The position numbers and the translations under genes are program-made. A stretch of DNA of 63,212 nucleotides, filler included. It is 10 parts of 10 records of this genome, joined end to end, with 100 filler letters (N's around TTAATTAATTAA, not from the genome) between each part and the next. Parts side by side here need not be neighbours in the genome. Positions count along the whole stretch, not along the records: positions 56,231 to 63,212 come from SRR20825015_68; 9 more parts are not named here. One strand, 5' to 3'. Below are positions 60,000-63,212 of the stretch, in pieces (the first letter of the stretch is position 1; the number at the start of each line of letters is the position of its first letter). The notes below the pieces were generated by a model. That model saw only the letters and a list, made by a program, of their open reading frames with translations. It was not told the origin of the DNA and did not search any database.

Positions 60000-61149
60000 T
60001 GGAGGATGCTTTGGATTTTGGTTTTCTACGCTTTTTCTTTCTTCTCTTCTTGTTCTTTGGTCTATCAAAACGGGTAAGGCTATCCTGGCCTACAACATTT
60101 TCGAAAGTAGTCTTTTCTTCCGCTACATTATCTGCGGCGTACTCCTCAAGACTGGCAACTTTATCGCCTTTTTTGTTAAGTTCCAGAATTTCCAACACTT
60201 GGTCTTTGGAAAGGGTGTGCCAAGTTGCCGGCTCATCTTTATACGAAAACCAAAGGGTTTCTTTAAAGATATCCGCCTTTTGGCAGAAGGCCAATCCTTT
60301 TTGGGTCTTAAGCTTACAATCCGACGGTGGAAAATCTTTCAATGCTTCCAGATACATGTCCAGCTCATAGTTGAGGCAACATTTGAGCTTTCCACATTGC
60401 CCAGCCAATTTTTGAGGGTTCAAGGCCAATTGCTGATAACGTGCCGATGCCGTGCTCACGGACCTGAAATCCGTCAACCAGGTAGAGCAGCAAAGTTCGC
60501 GCCCGCAAGAACCGATGCCCCCCAAGCGCTGTGCTTCTTGTCGGTAACCGATTTGACGCATCTCAATACGGATTCCAAAGGCCTTGGCCATATCCTTGAT
60601 CAACTGTCTAAAATCAACACGATCCTCTGCAGTGTAATAAAACGTTGCTTTGGACCCGTCTCCTTGGAACTCTACATCGCTGAGTTTCATTTCGAGCTTT
60701 AACGAAATGGCTATTTCCCGGGAACGTTTTTTTATTTCCTCTTCCCTATCCCTGCATTTTTGCCAAATATCGATGTCCCGTTGGGAAGCCTTTCTGTAAA
60801 TTTTAGGGATGGTCTTGTCGTCGATGGATACTTTTTTGCGCTTCATTTGAATACGCACCAATTCACCGGTCAGGGTAACCACGCCCACATCATGGCCCGA
60901 TTTGGCCTGAGTGGCCACCACATCTCCGATGGACAATGTGAGATTCTCCGTATTTCGATAGAATTCCTTTCTACTGTTTTTGAAACGTACCTCAACACAA
61001 TCAAAGGGTTTTTGACCGTTGGGCAACGACATATTGGAAAGCCAGTCAAAGACTGTCAGCTTGTTACAACCATCAGTGCCGCAAGTACCATTGTTCTTGC
61101 AACCACGCGGTTGTCCATCCTTGCCGGTTGAACAACTGCTACACGCCAT
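59989..61149 (-). CDS. ricT: PSP1-domain / RicT (YaaT)-like Fe-S regulatory protein
   Basis: RVDFRQLIK, GGIGSCGRELCCSTW, GQCGKLKCCLNYE. Confidence 0.88.
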   Translation of the reverse strand: MACSSCSTGKDGQPRGCKNNGTCGTDGCNKLTVFDWLSNMSLPNGQKPFDCVEVRFKNSRKEFYRNTENLTLSIGDVVATQAKSGHDVGVVTLTGELVRIQMKRKKVSIDDKTIPKIYRKASQRDIDIWQKCRDREEEIKKRSREIAISLKLEMKLSDVEFQGDGSKATFYYTAEDRVDFRQLIKDMAKAFGIRIEMRQIGYRQEAQRLGGIGSCGRELCCSTWLTDFRSVSTASARYQQLALNPQKLAGQCGKLKCCLNYELDMYLEALKDFPPSDCKLKTQKGLAFCQKADIFKETLWFSYKDEPATWHTLSKDQVLEILELNKKGDKVASLEEYAADNVAEEKTTFENVVGQDSLTRFDRPKNKKRRKKKRRKPKSKASSNAK

Positions 61150-61252
61150 ATATAATATCTTGATTTAAGGAAACTTAATGCGCTTCCCTAAAAAGGGTTC
61201 ATAAAAAATTACTAGTTGTAAATATACTACAAATTGTTGCAGCATTGAAATA

Positions 61253-62284
61253 CTACTTCTTGTATTTAAGAACCGGAGACCTGCCTTTTTTGAATATTTT
61301 ATTGCTGGCTCCTTTGCCCTTACGCAAACGTTTTTGTTCCTCATAAGGCAATGCATGTATTTCCATGCAGTCTACTGAACAGCAATTGTTCATTTTTTCG
61401 GCACATTCTTCACATTGTATAAATAGCAAGTGACAAGCTTCGTTGGCACAGTTTACATGGGTGTCGCAAGGTTTACCACATTGGTGACAGTGGGCTATCA
61501 CGTCTTCCGAAATACGCTCTCCCCTCCTATGGTCAAAAACAAAGTTTTTGCCCAGAAATTTATTCTCCAGCTGTTTTTCGCGTACCTGTCGGGTATACTC
61601 GATAATCCCGCCTTCCAGCTGGTAGACATTCTTAAAGCCTTTATGTTTGTAGTAAGCACTTGCCTTCTCGCAACGGATGCCACCGGTACAGTACATTACC
61701 AGTTTTTTATCTTCTTTGTGCTCGGCCAGATCCTGTTCTATAATATCGAGAGAATCCCTAAAGGTGTCCACATCGGGGGTGATGGCATTTTTAAAATGTC
61801 CAATCTCACTTTCGTAATGGTTTCGCATATCGACCAAAACGGTGTTCTCATCTTCAATAAGTTCGTTGAACTGTTCCGCGCCTACATGTATGCCCTTGTT
61901 GGTGACATCAAAAGTGTCGTCGTTCAATCCATCTGCCACAATTTTGTCCCTGACCTTTACTTTCAGTTTCAAAAAAGATTTGTTGTCCTGCTCTATGGCA
62001 ATGTTCAATCGTACATTTTCCAAAAAGGAAATACTGTCCAAATGTTCCTTGAATACATTAAAGTTTTCTGCTGGTACCGATAATTGGGCATTTATCCCTT
62101 CGTGTGCCACATAAATACGTCCCAGGACTTCCATGTCGTCCCAGGCCAAAAAAAGATGGTTCCTTAAAATCTGTGGATTGCCGATTCGTGCATATTGATA
62201 GAAAGAGATGGTAAGCCGTTCCTTCCCGGCTTCTTCGATAAGGGCTTCCCTTTCCTTTGCACTTAATGTGTTGTACAGTTGCAT
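61253..62284 (-). CDS. trhO: Rhodanese-domain tRNA U34 hydroxylase (UPF0176/YceA family)
   Basis: GRIYVAHEGINAQ, DMRNHYESEIGHF, MYCTGGIRCEKAS, C-terminal Cys cluster. Confidence 0.92.
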   Translation of the reverse strand: MQLYNTLSAKEREALIEEAGKERLTISFYQYARIGNPQILRNHLFLAWDDMEVLGRIYVAHEGINAQLSVPAENFNVFKEHLDSISFLENVRLNIAIEQDNKSFLKLKVKVRDKIVADGLNDDTFDVTNKGIHVGAEQFNELIEDENTVLVDMRNHYESEIGHFKNAITPDVDTFRDSLDIIEQDLAEHKEDKKLVMYCTGGIRCEKASAYYKHKGFKNVYQLEGGIIEYTRQVREKQLENKFLGKNFVFDHRRGERISEDVIAHCHQCGKPCDTHVNCANEACHLLFIQCEECAEKMNNCCSVDCMEIHALPYEEQKRLRKGKGASNKIFKKGRSPVLKYKK

Positions 62285-62325
62285 GCTATACTTGATTAAG
62301 TTAAAGAATGGTTCTAAAATTTGTG

Positions 62326-62333
62326 CAAAGATA
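62326..62333 (-). promoter_or_regulatory. Bacteroidota primary-sigma -7 element for trhO
   Basis: Minus-strand TATCTTTG matches the TAnnTTTG consensus and lies about 40 nt before the trhO ATG. Confidence 0.65.
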
Positions 62334-62351
62334 AAAATTAAAGGGAGAGTA

Positions 62352-62380
62352 AATTAAAAGGGCCGCGAAGGCCCCCTTAA
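62352..62380 (-). terminator. Intrinsic terminator-like hairpin upstream of the trhO promoter
   Basis: Minus strand reads GGGCC-TTCGC-GGCCC followed by TTTTAATTT. Confidence 0.6.
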
Positions 62381-62461
62381 TCCATTACCGTTTTTCATAG
62401 CTGAATTTTCTTCCTCATAGCAATTCCGAGCCCTAAACGGCTCTATGGAGATGAGTTAGTG
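62352..62461 (-). ncRNA. Candidate small RNA (~110 nt)
   Basis: Bounded by an ECF-like promoter (62493-62468) and a terminator, with an internal extended hairpin at 62414-62455. Confidence 0.35.
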
Positions 62462-62467
62462 TCCTTA

Positions 62468-62493
62468 AGATGTATTGTTATTAAAAAGGTTGC
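62468..62493 (-). promoter_or_regulatory. Putative ECF sigma promoter
   Basis: Minus strand reads GCAACC-N15-CATCT (AAC in the -35 box; CATCT is a CGTCT-like -10 box). Confidence 0.4.
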
Positions 62494-62550
62494 GTGCCCT
62501 TTTTTCATGTGGAAAGAAATGGTATTTTAGCCTTCCTAACAATTTTTACC

Positions 62551-63212
62551 ATGAGCAAAGAGAAAGAAGCAAAATTAAAGGCACTAAAACTTACGTTGGA
62601 CAAGTTGGACAAAACCTACGGTAAAGGTGCTGTCATGAAAATGGGCGATAGTGTTGTTGAAGATGTCGAAGTGATTCCTTCTGGCTCTTTGGGATTGGAT
62701 ATTGCACTTGGTGTAGGCGGATATCCGAGAGGAAGGGTAATCGAGATTTACGGTCCGGAATCTTCGGGTAAAACCACATTGACGCTGCATGCCATTGCCG
62801 AAGCTCAAAAAGCGGGAGGTATCGCAGCATTTATAGATGCAGAACATGCGTTTGACCGTTTTTATGCCAAAAAATTAGGGGTTGATATCGACAACCTGAT
62901 CATCTCCCAGCCCGATCATGGGGAACAGGCATTGGAAATCACAGAAAACCTGATACGTTCCGGAGCCATCGATATCGTAATCGTGGATTCCGTGGCCGCA
63001 TTGACCCCAAAAAGTGAAATCGAGGGAGAAATGGGGGATTCAAAAATGGGTCTGCACGCCAGATTGATGTCCCAAGCACTTCGAAAACTGACCTCAACCA
63101 TCAGCAAAACAAAATGTACCGTAATATTTATTAACCAATTACGCGAAAAAATTGGCGTAATGTTCGGGAACCCGGAAACCACCACGGGTGGTAACGCGCT
63201 TAAATTCTATGC
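62551..63212 (+). CDS. recA: Recombinase A (3' partial; absent from ORF track)
   Basis: [75 protein letters not shown]. Confidence 0.98.
   Translation, partial: MSKEKEAKLKALKLTLDKLDKTYGKGAVMKMGDSVVEDVEVIPSGSLGLDIALGVGGYPRGRVIEIYGPESSGKTTLTLHAIAEAQKAGGIAAFIDAEHAFDRFYAKKLGVDIDNLIISQPDHGEQALEITENLIRSGAIDIVIVDSVAALTPKSEIEGEMGDSKMGLHARLMSQALRKLTSTISKTKCTVIFINQLREKIGVMFGNPETTTGGNALKFY

Noticed and set aside
57184-62284. trhO-ricT-gldH-PBP1A cluster as a novel system
   Set aside because: All are recognisable housekeeping or gliding genes, in an arrangement I regard as ordinary for Flavobacteriaceae.
62380-62522. 6S RNA or a known riboswitch in the trhO-recA spacer
   Set aside because: Only weak long-range pairing is present and there is no recognisable riboswitch consensus. 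It is kept only as a generic sRNA candidate.
56231-63212. Bacterial genes next to eukaryotic genes as a large horizontal transfer
   Set aside because: They are separated by an artificial linker. The operon structure, overlapping genes and Bacteroidota promoter indicate a separate Flavobacteriaceae genome.

Overview
This window is not one locus. It is ten short contigs joined by nine artificial 100-nt linkers (N44-TTAATTAATTAA-N44), and it mixes at least three organisms. (1) Most contigs (1-18718, 21615-53431) come from a compact, intron-rich unicellular eukaryote using the standard code, with short GT-AG introns and CTRAC/CTCAC branch sites. Hand splicing gives LYS1, CUL1, NCAPG2, a TSPO-like gene, FIGNL1, NDUFS8, a ZZ/EF-hand protein, FEX, an OPT transporter, SYF1, GEMIN2, CENP-C, and LRR, Cys-rich and Ig-like surface proteins. 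(2) Two contigs (18819-21514, 53532-56130) carry intronless, co-oriented genes with trans-splice-type acceptors and look kinetoplastid (SDS22, RAD21 C-terminus, Elongin-C-like). (3) One Flavobacteriaceae contig (56231-63212) carries scoB/scoA, PBP1A, gldH, ricT/PSP1, trhO and recA. The best leads all need spliced models that the ORF track misses. They are: a peroxisomal (SKL) enoyl-CoA isomerase-GNAT fusion; a RING-less TRIM-like B-box/coiled-coil module fused to a PP4R1/R4-type HEAT scaffold; a surface protein built from at least 10 phase 1-1 exons, mostly one domain each; near-perfect strand alternation (18 of 19 gene junctions) with tiny bidirectional promoters enriched in GTAAC; two convergent genes sharing stop codons in one CTAG; an intronless four-domain USP; and a candidate ECF-driven small RNA upstream of recA. 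All gene models and family calls are by eye, with no database searches. No CRISPR, rRNA, tRNA or mobile element was found.
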